Assembly: GCA_040437565.1 (NCBI GenBank) | Contig: JBDOQK010000053.1 | Coordinates: 1 to 64,000, forward strand | Source of the DNA: Albugo candida | Lineage: Eukaryota | DNA length: 64,000 nucleotides | Direction of reading: 5' to 3' | In this document: piece by piece, positions 11,728-25,259 of the stretch | How the letters are laid out: the number at the start of each line of letters is the position of its first letter | Numbering within the stretch: position 1 is the first letter of the stretch | The notes under the pieces: model-generated | Told to the model about the DNA's origin: nothing | Seen by the model: the letters and a program-made list of their open reading frames with translations, nothing else | Databases searched by the model: none | Translations under genes and position numbers: made by a program

Positions 11728-13827
11728 ATGGAATTAGCGGAGGTGGAGTCGCTTTTTCAGCGCGCTGAAAAAGCGTAAAGGTGGATCCAGTTTGGCATGA
11801 ATCGCTCGCTTGATTGATGTCCTGTCTTAGCACCCTTATCCGAACGCTGAATCGTACGCTTCGAACCACTGCGCTATAGAAATGCTCCAGGCTTATCTAA
11901 AGCAACCGAAGACGTCGATGGTATACGCACAACTTCTTTTGATCCACTTATTTTTCAATCTCATTTCACAGGCGAGAGCACTCACGCAAAGTAAACTTGG
12001 AATCTACCTTATGCAATCGAATGACTCTCACCGTATGCAGCGATGTTTATTGTTTTCGTAATTGATGTTTTGAAAGATGCACAGGAAGCATTTGAGGGAG
12101 CAGTAAAATTTCTATTCCCCCAATTGGAGCAATTTGCAACTACTACTTGTAGTTTATCGGGTGCTTGCGAAGATTCACAGAAAGTGAATTTTGATGTCGG
12201 AAGCTTTCGATCCAGCGTCCAAGGTATGAACCAACTGAATCCGAATTGTTGTACTTGGCTGATAGGTCAATCCGCTGTCAGCACTAGTGTACACTGATAC
12301 ACATAATGAAAATGTGCTTTGCGGACCATTTCGCGACCTTATTATCGGTGAAGCTAATTTAATCAAGAGCTCCTATAATTCTCATGACATCTCGTAGATA
12401 TGCTTACTCAGCTTGGAATGATTTTTTACAACCGCTCTGATTCACTTCGCGCACTCTGCTATTTCTGTGCATGCGAGAAATTATGCAGTGATTCATTGAC
12501 ACCTGTATACACGATGCAGACACATATACAATTTTACTTGGCTCAAGTATACGCTTGCCTCCAATGTCATGCTGAGTCAGCCAAGTACTGCGTTCTCACT
12601 CTTGCATATCAATTGAGATCACATCTATCGAGACAAGCAGATTCTACAGTAGTATTTGATCACGAGGATTGGATCTCGAACGCCTTGCAGCTGGTTCAAT
12701 TCTTTCTAAAAAGAGGCAAGCAAACATATCAAGCTTCGGTTATGCTCCTCGCGTCTGAGCAAATTTTATATCAGGATAAAATTACTATGTGTGATATACA
12801 AAGCAAAAGTCCACTATCTGCGGAAGTTCAATTGTCATGGGCATCGCTGCAACTACGCGTACTCGAACAAGCTCATGACGAAAATGTTACAGAGCATAAT
12901 GATTACGTTCCAGTTGACGAGATCACCGAAGTGTTAGAACTAATATCGGAACAAAAATCCCATCAACCATCCGTCGGATTACAGTGCGAGGATTCGGAGA
13001 AAGTGATAATGCAGTCCAAGTGGCTGAAAATGCGATATGTAAATCCGGAAACCATTCATTTATATGATGATGCTGTCCAAGTGTTCTGTCTTGGAATGAA
13101 AGCATGCGAGGATGCGAAGAACCACTTTCAAATGGACGGCTATGTAAGTACACACATACGAATCTGCCAAATACAGAGCAAGCTATTTGATCGTTTGTCG
13201 AAGTTTGAATGCGATCCAAAGCGTCAATACTCGTTGCAACTGCGTCGGTATCACACGCTTCGACCAATACTTGAAGCTGACATAAATATCAATGCTTTTG
13301 GAGATCTCGTGCAACAAGTTGCGTATGAGGGTGGCGAAATTTTGGCTGATCTGTACGACCGCAAGCTATTGCTGGAGGCATCGCGCACCATTTCTGGCTC
13401 GAGCTCGGGTAGAGGTATCATGTACGCATCACGAGCCATCCTCTGTTATGAACAGTATGTGCGTTGCTTTTATGCGTGTGATCCTAAAGTTGTCCCCCGT
13501 GGAAATCACGCTACGCTTCCGAACGATCCCAAATTATTGAGTGCGAACGATATGCACGCGTTACTCCTTGGTTACTTTGCACTTGCGCGATTGTGCAGCA
13601 GGATTACGTTCAAAGATGATGCTATAAAGACAAGAGAATTCTGGAAACTTGGGTTGGCGTACTTCGAAACAATAGTACTTTTCAGAAAAAAGTTCGATGA
13701 AACCAACGAATTGGAAGGACGCAAATTGCAAGAGCGGTTTAAGACTGAATTTAGTTTGACTGAGGAGATGCTTCAACTATTGCCAGAAAAAATTAACGTG
13801 TTGGTGTACCGCGGAAATCAATTATAA
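11728..13827 (+). CDS. KIFBP: KIF-binding protein (KBP/KIAA1279) homolog; multi-exon 5' part, start approximate
   Basis: FQMDGYVSTHIRI...SKFECDPKRQ...QQVAYEGGEILADLYDRK matches the KBP C-terminal domain. GT-AG introns upstream of the 12400-13827 exon. Confidence 0.7.
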
Positions 13828-13972
13828 TTTGCGATTTCCCAGAGCGAACTGACAAGAAAAATATCGTAGTGTNNNNNNNNNNNNNNNNNNNNNNNNNNNN
13901 NNNNNNNNNNNNNNNNNNNNNNNNNNNNNNNNNNNNNNNNNNNNNNNNNNNNNNNNNNNNNNNNNNNNNNNN

Positions 13973-14255
13973 ATTGTGCAGCAGGATTACGTTCAAAGAT
14001 GATGCTATAAAGACAAGAGAATTCTGGAAACTTGGGTTGGCGTACTTCGAAACAATAGTACTTTTCAGAAAAAAGTTCGATGAAACCAACGAATTGGAAG
14101 GACGCAAATTGCAAGAGCGGTTTAAGACTGAATTTAGTTTGACTGAGGAGATGCTTCAACTATTGCCAGAAAAAATTAACGTGTTGGTGTACCGCGGAAA
14201 TCAATTATAATTTGCGATTTCCCAGAGCGAACTGACAAGAAAAATATCGTAGTGT
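13973..14255 (+). other. Assembly duplicate of 13590-13872 across a 100-N gap
   Basis: Identical sequence on both sides of the gap. Confidence 0.9.
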
Positions 14256-14863
14256 ATTTTCTAGACTAATTGCTATTGCTAGCTATCTTCCATAGCATGT
14301 AGTAGGCTCAATTCTCGACTTATCTGACGCAAAAGGTGTCCGCAAGTGTCCAATGTCTTGTATCCTACCAAGTTCCTTCCATGCACCTTTCTGTCAATAA
14401 ATCGCGTCATCACATTACGTGCGGGTGAAATGCAGGAGAAACGACGCGTCTCTTTATGAATGACACCAGACCTTTGAGTAGAGTCGGTCTGTAGGGTGCA
14501 TCTCTCATCATATCATTTGAAGTTTTGCCTTCGCGAAAACAATGAGTCCGGCATATGTACATGATACCTTACTTTCTTCGAAGATGTAATGCTTTCAGAA
14601 GAAAAGTTTCTAACAATATCTTCTTCGACAGTCTTTTTAATGTGTGCAACATGTAAGAAACATTAGTAACTCATTCGGCCACACTTTAGTCGTAAGATGA
14701 ATTCTTTGATGCGCAGATATAAAGAGGACACAGCGACTTACTCCAACAGTCTGCTATCTTGTAATCGTCAGTCTTGAATCAGCAACTAGCCATTCTCAAC
14801 GGTACTTGCGTTCTCTCACACAAAATCCGCATCGTCCTCGAACACGTGAAACTTGTGCGTAAA

Positions 14864-15628
14864 ATGTCTTCTACTCGAATGAAATCAGGAATGAAGTCAG
14901 GCCATACTAGACGATATACAGAATCGTCTATGCGGACAAACTCCAATACTAGTCAAAATGGACCACTCACTAGCGAAAGAGAGAACATTGACAATTTGCG
15001 TCGCAAACTGCAAGGTATACATCGTCAGCAAGAACGACTTTCAGCATCGAGTATGCACTCGGACCAAAGTGTTGGTAGCGGCTCATCTTTGTTTCGATGT
15101 TATAGTGGTCCCCCACCACCGCAGTCGATCGGAGTACCAATTGAGTGCACCCCGTCACCCGCTATTCCCTCAGTTTACTTTGAAAATCTTTTGGAACATG
15201 TTGCTATTTCGACGCAAAGTGCACCAGTCTCCCGAATTTCTCCTTCTAGTATACAGAGTCGGAAACATTGCGGGCCACCGTCACACAGATACCGTTCTTC
15301 AAGACCGCATGGAAGACTGGATGTACCATCGCACAAGTACAAAGTCGAAAATTCAGGATCGCACCAAATATGTTTCGAATCGGCACGGGCCAAAGATGCA
15401 GCACATGTCACACAGTTAAAGAGCGATTCGGATCAAAACAAGTGCTATAAAACTTCTTCAGATGTCCACCGTGGCGTCCCACCTAATATGGTACGACAAG
15501 AACCAAAAAATGACGTCAAGAAATCGGTACGTGAACCTTTCTCAGTAAAGATGCGATCGACTATGCAGAAGTGTATTCCACATTCTACTGGCATACATCA
15601 GTCGAGCACATCAGTATTGCGAAAATGA
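14864..15628 (+). CDS. Hypothetical Ser-rich, probably disordered protein
   Basis: Open frame from ATG 14864 (MSSTRMKSG), ~254 aa, with a short coiled segment; no recognisable domain. Confidence 0.5.
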   Translation: MSSTRMKSGMKSGHTRRYTESSMRTNSNTSQNGPLTSERENIDNLRRKLQGIHRQQERLSASSMHSDQSVGSGSSLFRCYSGPPPPQSIGVPIECTPSPAIPSVYFENLLEHVAISTQSAPVSRISPSSIQSRKHCGPPSHRYRSSRPHGRLDVPSHKYKVENSGSHQICFESARAKDAAHVTQLKSDSDQNKCYKTSSDVHRGVPPNMVRQEPKNDVKKSVREPFSVKMRSTMQKCIPHSTGIHQSSTSVLRK

Positions 15629-17297
15629 GAAAGCAATTCACACAATGACGCATACCTATCTTTATATTTTAGAACAGATATGACATACATATATTCATCT
15701 TATCATGCGCATTAGTTGATCAATTCTTGTACCAATTCGTCGAATATGCGCTCCTATCCAGCGCATAGCGATTGATTAGGTCATCAAGCTATGAACCAAT
15801 GGATAACAAACAACACAAAAGATCACACTTTGGACGCTATTTGCACGAGCACGCCCATTTATCTTAGCATGATCAGACTTTTCTCAAAAACCCGTAGTCA
15901 TGCCATCATGTCTCTGCGAGTAATGCGCAAGTTACAATACTCCTCGAAATGCTTTCACACATTACCAAAAGCTATACATCGTAATTGCAGCGTGAAGCAT
16001 TTGTACATATAGTTGGTAATCCAAACACAGTAAGGAAGCTATAGGATGGGAGGCGTACTCTCATATAAGGCTAAGGTAGCGGTCGAGGATCTGCATTCGT
16101 AATGCGAAACCTTCATTTGCATTCTACTGCACGCTCGCTATCGATCTATATAGTTGGATTTGTTGACCGCCCATAAACAGAATATATAGTTCCGTCACTA
16201 GATAGCATGGTGCAGATTGGCTGATGCAAAGCATTCTATCTTTGCAATCAATAGTTTCTTCATATGCCTGGGATAGTCATATTCTTCATATATGCGGCAC
16301 ATGTTGTAAACTGATGCAATATAAAAAATGGTGAGATGAATCTCACNNNNNNNNNNNNNNNNNNNNNNNNNNNNNNNNNNNNNNNNNNNNNNNNNNNNNN
16401 NNNNNNNNNNNNNNNNNNNNNNNNNNNNNNNNNNNNNNNNNNNNNNGTTGGATTTGTTGACCGCCCATAAACAGAATATCTAGTTCCGTCACTAGATAGC
16501 ATGGTGCAGATTGGCTGATGCCAAGCATTCTATCTTTGCAATCAATAGTTTCTTCATATGCCTGGGATAGTCATATTCTTCATTATTGCGGCACATGTTG
16601 TAAACTGATGCAATATAAAAAATAGTGAGATGATTCTCACTCAAATAGCCTAGATCTAACGTTGACATTTGTCTCAGTATTCAAACAAAAATAAGGTCTT
16701 TAGATCGATATTATTCCTTCTTGTAAGTTGCGATATACTTTCTTCTGAGAAGTCTCCAAGGTTCCTGTTAGTGTCGGTCTAAATTCATACGAGTGAAGAC
16801 TGTTCTGTCGACTCGGAGGAAGGCTATGATCTCATAGTGGACTCAATGAGGCTTACTTGCACTTGAATAAAATGTCTCTTTTTCGGTGTAAAGCTAGCGT
16901 AGACTTTACGGTTTTCAATTATGTGGAATATCAGAGAACTTGGATAGAGAAATAGGTGAGTAAACGTCGGTGGGTGTTGAGATTCCTAGGCGTAAGCGTC
17001 TCGACTTTTATCAGTAAATAGTGCATCTTGGTAATGGTATCATGCGTCGTACGCAAGTTCAATATCGTATACGCCTTGGAGCGATTGTAATTCTGAATAG
17101 CGAACGCTACGCTAGAAGTCACGAGTCATAGCTTCTATGCCACGTGCCCTTTGCGATGATGCAATTCTCCAACGAATGTGACTGCCAGAGAATGGATGCA
17201 TCCTCTTTCGTGTTGCTTTCCTGCGAAGCTCACAATCTGTAACTTAGTGATTGAAAGATTGCAACGGTTGTGATAAATCTTCAACTGCCACAATTAT

Positions 17298-19522
17298 ATG
17301 AGAAACTCTTTTGAAGCCTGCACAGAAAAGTTTTGTTTCACTGTCGTCATGCCAAACGCTCGACAAAAAAAAGAAGAGAGACGTCGACAGGCTCGACATA
17401 AAAGAAAATTGAAAAAGTTGAAAGGATATAAATTCCGTGATGATCAATACTTTATAATTTTCGGATATGAAGAGCGAGAGAGAAAAATTCTGGAGCACAA
17501 AGTTACATCTCATAATGGAAGAATGTGGAGATTTTCAAGTCAGCGAGTAGGCCTTACAAGTGCACCACAAAGCATTTTTATAGTGTGGTCTTGCTGGTGC
17601 GATGCACTTTTTCCGTGGGAAAGTGAAGAATATCGCACATTATCAGCTTCATCAAAATCCATTAGATACGTGACGGATCATTGGCTCGATCAGGTTATAA
17701 ATGATGAAAAATGGATTGAACCTATGAGTCATTCCTTCTACCAGCCTCCGATCAACATATATGCCCCATCAATGAATCACATTGTCGTAAATCCTTTTCT
17801 ATCGTATCCGATAAGAGACACATGTGAAATGATAGAAGACAAATTTTGCAATTGCTGCTCGTGTGCATGCCACTATCGAGACGAAGCGGATGAAAAAAAG
17901 GTTAGATTGCAAGAATTGGATCTACCATGTTCTATTTACAATTATTGGCATGATCGAATACCCAAATGGCCATACATTGTTGCAAGTCTGCAACTTCCGA
18001 TCCGAGATACGAAGGATCTGATCTCACTTCTTCAATCGTAAGTAGTCATGCTATGATGTCATGTAAACTGAATATCCTATCTTCATCGCCAGATTGTCTG
18101 AAGAGCGTTTATCAATGCATTGTTTGCAAAATGCATTAGACCAGGTACTACATATCTTTTCGTCTCGGTTTATTCGCTGCATTGATTCCCTTTTGATAGC
18201 TGCTAAGTCTAACCGACCGCCAAGCCTTTTACCGCACGATTTTGCCGAAAATGAAAAGGCTAGTCATCGACCTTCCGTTTGTATTAACCCACGACGATCT
18301 TCCACCACCCAAACGTCTTCTATCTGTGTGCACCGATAACGTCAGGTCACCTCTTGTCATCAATCATACACATCTCACCAAGCGACAAGTATCCGCATTA
18401 CTATGTGCTTCATTTTTTTGTCTATTCCAGCGTAAAACTCACACAGATCGGAGTATTCAAAATAGGTTTCCAGCATTCGATATATCGAAATTATACGATG
18501 GCGGTTTTGAGGGTACATGCACATTGAAAACTCAGAAATTACGAGCCATTCTGGAATATTTTCTTCGAGTTTTTTCAGCGGAATGCGACCAAGGCCTGGA
18601 AATTGTTACATTTTCCAGAGTCTCGTTAAGGCTCAACTATTTTGATCAAAAGAGCCAGAGGGGTGGGTTGAATCTACCAAATTGCCCACATGTAGCAAGA
18701 TTGGAGTCTTTGTATCGGATATCGAGCAATAAAAACTCGGTTCTATCTGACTTTCCATTGGTACCTGTGACAATCGAAAAAGAGAAATTGATTGAAGACT
18801 TGTACAAAAACCATATCCAAATTGATTTCGCAAACATGTACGCAGGTGGTGCTGTGTTTGGTTCAAGTTGTGTTCAGGAAGAAATCCGCTTCATTATCTC
18901 GCCAGAACTGCTTGTTGCCACATTGCTTTTTGAGAGACTCGAAGATCACGAAGCTTTTGTCGTACATGGAACGGAACGGTATAGCAGCTATTGTGGTTAT
19001 GGTGAAACCTTTCGCTTTCGCGGTAGTTTTACGGATACCACAGAATTTGAAGTATTTTCAAGTGCCAAATCTGATGATATGACATGTTACAAGCGTCGAA
19101 AGAGTGTGGTTGTCGGAATCGATGCCATATGTTATTTTGGAGTCGCAAGTCAATTCGAGTGGTCGCATATACGTCGGGATATCATAAAAGCGTGTGCTGG
19201 CTTTTTCTATCCTGACAAAACATGCACGAGTTGGAGCATTGCAACAGGTAATTGGGGATGTGGGGTGTTTGGTGGTAAGCCGGAGCTCAAATTCCTAATT
19301 CAGTGGGTTGCTGCTTCATTGGCTGGCAAAAAACTCACTTACGTCCTATTTTCTCGCCATGGAATAAACTTGCATGAATTAGAAAAGCTTCTCGTTCAAC
19401 ATAAGTCTCTGACTTGTGGAGCGATATTTTCATTTCTTGGCCGCATTGAGGCTGCGAATGCACAATGTCAATACGTTTTATTGAAATACGCTAATACGCT
19501 GGTCAGAATATACCCGGATTGA
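17298..19522 (+). CDS. PARG: Poly(ADP-ribose) glycohydrolase; spliced (introns ~18038-18092 and ~18145-18199)
   Basis: QIDFAN, AGGAVFGSSCVQEEIRF..PELL, GTERYSSYCGYGETFRF and IATGNWGCGVFGG. The upstream ORF ends in DLPCS...KWPYI followed by a GTAAGT donor. Confidence 0.85.
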
Positions 19523-20732
19523 GTTCATATAGCTGTATTACTGATGATCATACACGAGCGTCGTCGCCGAGCGCACAGATTGTTCGGAGTATAGTGTCGC
19601 ATATCGATCGTACGCTGAAACCAGTTGCACCGAATGACTTTATGTTGTTGTATGTCTTATTGATCACTTGCTTGCCTTCGTCAAAGGTTTTTTCATAGTG
19701 CTTTTATCATGATGACCACACCGTTGTAGGATGCAAAAACAAGTGCTTTAAAATAATGACATGGTCGAGGTTCCGATAGCTCATTTGTGACGATGGTTTT
19801 GCGTCAAGCTGGTGATATGCTCGCTACCTTGTGTGTACCGTGATGACTATGGATGATTCATGGACGCTCTAGACACAGTATAACGCATAAACGCTCATGT
19901 CTATACTATTGACAAGGGTACTGGTGACAAACATATTCAGTAGTTGCCGTAGTCGCATCGCTTGCTACTGTGTTCCTTTCTGCGACATTATAAGTTCAGA
20001 AAGTCGATGTTCTATAGCCTATCCGTTCAAAAGCGTGTGTACCAGTAGGAAGATGAAGAGAATGATCCATCACAATCACTCGTACAGTATGACACTCACT
20101 TGATCACGCTATAGGAATGGTAGAGCGAAAAAAAGGAAGCGATCGACAGAACACGTGGCAAGTAGTATATTGAGAAGCAGTGATTTAGTCCGCGTGTCGC
20201 AAAAATTGCTTAACAGGGCAAAGTATGTAACGTGCAAAGGGTTGACAATTCACCTAGCACCTGTCGTGGAATCAATCGAAAAAACTCATACTGAAAAGGC
20301 GATGATGTGTCTATAATTCGATAGACAGAGATAAAACAAGATGCATGATACAGTGTAAAGTGCGCGAGCCGAGACTCTCGACCAAACAACACTCTGGCAA
20401 ATCTACAGTTGGTGCAGTCGATGTGAGATATGATCATGCAATTCTCATTACGAATACTGAAAATCACGAGTAGTGCTGCACCCGAAATGGGAGCAGAAAT
20501 GTACAGTTGGTGCGATTTGTGAGTACAGCTAGGATTGGTATGCTCAGCATGAACTCATGTATACGATCAGAACTGCAGCTTTTCTACTCCGTTTGCGTCG
20601 ACTAACAATGTTACGCTGAATGAATTGTTTCTATACTCTTATCGTCCAATCAGGTCATACTTTACGAGTCTGCAGCGAGCTTTTTGACTGATTTTTGGAG
20701 AGTCAGTCGTTATCTATTCTGACTCTATTTGT

Positions 20733-23700
20733 ATGATGGGTGCGGTGCAATTCCAGTGGGAAGGCTATCTACAAAAACGCTCCGATTGGCTCAAGCACTG
20801 GGAAACATTCTATTTTGTATTGAAGGGCCGGTATTTGTACTGCTATCTATCAGAAGAAGACGCACGTCATCAACCCGATAAATCAAGGATCAAAAATGGG
20901 AAGCTATTTGTGTTCTCGCATCGTATAACGGTGATGAAGGCATGGGATGTGGAGGATCCGCTACCTGTCAATACAGCGATGTCTAGTCATGCGCGATCCA
21001 CCGCACCAAATTCTTTTTCTTTTCGCTTTACATTGCAAACGGAGAAGGGTCATTATCTTGAATTCCGCACAAACTCTCAAGCAAGCAAGCAAATGTGGCT
21101 TCAATTTGCATCTACCGCTATTGTGGAGTTCGATCGCTTAGGTATGTGTTTTAGATTTGACGTTTCCCGATCATTCATCGGAATGTCACATTACTCTGTA
21201 GACCAGTCGATTCTTCCACCCACACAACATGAGCAGAAAAAGGAACACGACTGCGACTGTCATCATGACGCCAAAGAGAATGAGAAGGAGATGCTTGTTC
21301 TTGTGGACCAGTTTTACAAATCGTATGAGTATATCTATATGGCACTTTGTGAGAGAGAAAGTTATCAATTAAAGGTAATGGAGCAACAGCGTCAAGACAA
21401 TCAGAACAAAATCATCGCGTGCATGCAATTGGAACACGATCAATATACTGACAAGCAGAGTACTTCATTATCAGGAGGTCAGACGAAAGTGGGTGTGACA
21501 CAGTCGAACTCCTCGAGAAGCAACGCATTGCAAAGAAACTATCACTTGGTCTCTTCCAACCAGCCCATGCTTCACACCAATATACAACCACCCTCCCATA
21601 TAGGAGTCATTCAATTTTGGTCACTTTTTAGCCCCGATGTGATGCTTCGCTCCAACTATCTACCCATGGTACCCTTTGAAGGCAAATTTCGGGGGTTTCC
21701 TGGTATCCTCAAGTGTTTAACTCAGTTGACAACCTCAGTGGTGTTGGAGCAGTTTTCGGTCAAGTCGATACAGTTCGAGATGGAAACAGGAGATTCAAAT
21801 GTCGTGGAGGACATAAACTTGTCTGAGAAGAAATGTCGAATTATCGTTGTGACTGGGAACGAAACGATACGAGTTCGGGCAACACAGACAACGTTCATGC
21901 AGCAATGGACTCATAAGTTGCATTTCCGACCGATTTGCAACACGACGAAACAATTCGATAAACAATATGATGAAGGCTCGGTGAAGAAATATCATGTGTA
22001 TCGATGGGAAATATTTGGGGATGTGGTCGCATCGAGTGTTGCTTTCCAGCACCCTGGAGAGCTCCCGAGCACCACTCTCACTCTACCATCATTGACAGAG
22101 CAAATACGCGAATCTTTTTTAGGTGCATACATTGTTTGCATTCGACTAAATCGAGTGACGGATGTTCCAAGAGATCTTACATCAAATGAGGTTGGTTTTT
22201 GTGTTTTCATTTACAATCACGCCAACGAATATTCTTTACATGCAGAAATACTATATACGCTGCTCTTTGGACACTAATGAATTGGATGGTGTGTGGCATA
22301 CCGAAGCTCAGTCACACCCAGTATCTCCGGAGATTGAAACTACGCGAGAAGGCCCTATTCATTTATCGTATTGCTACGACCAAGATCTGTATCTACATTT
22401 TGATCGGCTGTCGCGAGACGACAATACGACATTACTTATAGAATTTTGCCGCATTGAGTATGAGAGTGCACAAGACAACGCTTCTCGATTGCATACAGTC
22501 AAACAAGAGCGGATCGATATCGATCGACAGGTGAACGTAATGGCTCATACGTTTGTCAATCTTGCTAGGATGCTGAATCACCCGTGTGATGGACGGAATC
22601 AAGAGCATCGTGGATCAAATCGCTTTGGATTACATGGAACGGAATGCATTCGCAAGAATTACATTCTATCCAACCCAAAGGAGAGCTTTTATGGAAAAGT
22701 AGAACTCGATATTATAGTTTCAAAGGGCGATCAGAGTGAAACATGTCAATCTCACGATACGTTTTTCAATGCGCTACATGCGGGTAGCAGACATTCATTT
22801 GTTGGTTCTGGCTATCCTCATCAGGCTTCAGCCACGGTTCAGAGCGATGATTCAATGCTCATCAAAGACACGACATCCTCAATCTGTTTGTCTTCGCCTG
22901 CTTTGTCGTCTTCAATCAAGAAAACTGACTCACCACGAAAGAGCCAAAAGAGACTGACAATCGAGCGGGGCGGGATGATGCATCAGTTTGTAATCAATGG
23001 TGTTCGGTATCAGCTTGACAAAAAGTATCGAATGGTCAGGATAGTCGGGCGAGGTACATATGGTGAAGTGATTGCAGCGTGTGATTTTGTGAACGGAGGG
23101 ACTTATGCCATTAAGAAAGTGGCGCATTTCTTACGACATCCTCAGGTCGCTTGGCTCGCGTTGCGAGAGATAAAATTGATGCGGGAATTGGGTGGAGAAA
23201 TCGGTGTGTACAATCAACGCCAGAAATTAAAGCAGAATGATCAAGTGGAGCCTGGTCATCCATGTCTCTTACCAATTTACGAGCTTCAAAAACCTATCGA
23301 TTACGAGAACTTTCAAGATCTTTATATCATTCAGCCATTGATGGAGACAGATCTCGGTCGAATTATCCATTCTCCGACGACACTTAACGATGATCAAATT
23401 CAGTTTTTCATGTATCAAATTCTTTGTGGACTCAAGTATCTTCATTCAGCTAACGTTCTGCACCGTGATTTGAAACCAAGTAACATTTTGGTGAATTCTG
23501 ATTGTCGGGTCCGAATATGCGATTTTGGACTAGCTCGATTTGTTTCGGAGGATACCGCAGAAGATGGACAAGAATTATCAGAATACGTCGTCACACGGTG
23601 GTATCGAGCTCCAGAGTTACTGCTTGCCAATGCATACACCAAAGCAATCGACATGTGGTCGGTGGGCTGCATATTGGCTGAATTGCTTGGTCGACGAATT

Positions 23701-24183
23701 CTCTTCCCTGGAACTTCGTATGTGGACCAATTGAAATGGATTATTGGTGTTCTCGGCACGCCTACAACCTTTTCATTTGTAGACAACCCTGCCGCTCGTC
23801 GATTTGCTGGTCGACAATTTCTCGCGAATCTCAAAAATAGAGCCACGCGTGTTCATTGGCGAGACTTGTTTCCAAATGCGAATCCAGACGCACTCACTCT
23901 TCTCGATCGACTACTGCAATTTGATCCGAGAGATCGGTGCACAGTAGAAGAAGCATTGGATTCTTGTTATGTTCGATCTTGGCGTGCGTCAATGAGTTGT
24001 AATGCAACGAAACATCGATATGGGCAGTTTGATCGCGAAATGGAACGAAGCTGCAGTACTCATATCGTTGAACGACTGAGAGATTGGGAATGTCATTTGG
24101 GTCGCGGTGCTCGCAAAACGCAGCTCTTGGAGAATCCCGACATGCTGAAACGTTTATTGTATGATGAAGTGATCAAGTCCTAA
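20733..24183 (+). CDS. Multidomain MAP kinase: PH - NTF2/SnoaL-like - C2-like - MAPK (introns ~21142-21200 and ~22191-22244; possible short 3' exon)
   Basis: PH: WEGYLQKRSDWLKHWETFYFVL...SKQMW. Kinase: GRGTYGEV, AIKK, HRDLKPSN, DFGLAR, SEYVVTRWYRAPE. A GT..AG intron joins the two large ORFs in frame. Confidence 0.85.
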
Positions 24184-24664
24184 ATCAGAACAGTGTATAC
24201 TTGCTTCTAGGTCGGCAGTATGTGAGGACGAGGCGCCAAAGGTGGCAGCGTACAAATGCAGCAGAAAGGTTCACGGATAGGCAGACATAGCTATCGCTCA
24301 TATAGTACAGTTGTGATCGTCAAGTGACCGGATCGACAGTGTTATTAGTAGAGCCTTTATATTAGTCATATAAAGGCGAAATATGATGGCGAATCGATTC
24401 GGATACACCGATTTTTTTCTCACAATTCAAGTCTACATGTTAATTCGCAGGGTCGAATGACCAGTCATTCAAGTCACGGCATATTGTTGGATGTTAGCAA
24501 TATCACGGATGTGCAGATCAGATGAGGATAGTTTCTACAGGCTTAGATGAACTGTTAAGTGAACTAGGGACCTAATATGAAGTACTTCCGAAATTGAGCT
24601 CCCTGGGAGTCATTGGTTACAGATCATCTACACACATCAGGTATCTTTTTTCCCGTTCGAGCTG

Positions 24665-25043
24665 GTGGGAAGAAATTCAGATCGAGTGCCAGAATACCGT
24701 TGTGACTTACATTCTATTTTCACAAAAAAGTTGCCACGCGAGACAATTCTGTCGACTTGGGGCCCAAGTCACCGTGGTCAAGTCGCCGAGGATCAGATAT
24801 GTTAATTGATGATTTGACGATTTGGTAACGGGACATGTAGACTCTGTAGACTTTCTATACATGTGACTTGAATGAAAACCTTTTATGATGACATCGTCCG
24901 TACGCTGTACCCAAAATCTCGCTCAAATCCTAATGAGTTTTGTGCGAAGTTGACCGCAGGGCCGACACTCTTATAGGTACATCGAGTTTCTCGTGGGAAG
25001 AAATTCAGATCCAGTGCCAGAATACCGTTGTGACTTACATTCT
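24665..25043 (+). repeat. 51-bp direct repeat pair (24665-24715 and 24993-25043)
   Basis: GTGGGAAGAAATTCAGATC(G/C)AGTGCCAGAATACCGTTGTGACTTACATTCT, one mismatch. Confidence 0.9.
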
Positions 25044-25259
25044 TTTTTATAAGGCAGTCGCTGTGTCCTACTTCGCCAGTCTGCCGTCCAATTGCTGCGA
25101 TCAGTAGTGAGGCAGTATGTATCCGATTGCAAGGAGATCAAGACCTACCGCGTGCACAACCTGATGAGCAACCTAATCCATGACGACAATTTGTCGATTC
25201 TAAGGGTTCACAAAATTTGCGGACCAGATCTCCAATCAACTTGACTTTTCTTCATTTCT

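Noticed and set aside
15700-17250. Short ORFs between the Ser-rich gene and PARG
   Set aside because: No coherent exon chain or motif found; includes a gap-flanking duplicate.
19550-20700. Short ORFs upstream of the MAPK
   Set aside because: Under 90 aa with no motifs; treated as intergenic.
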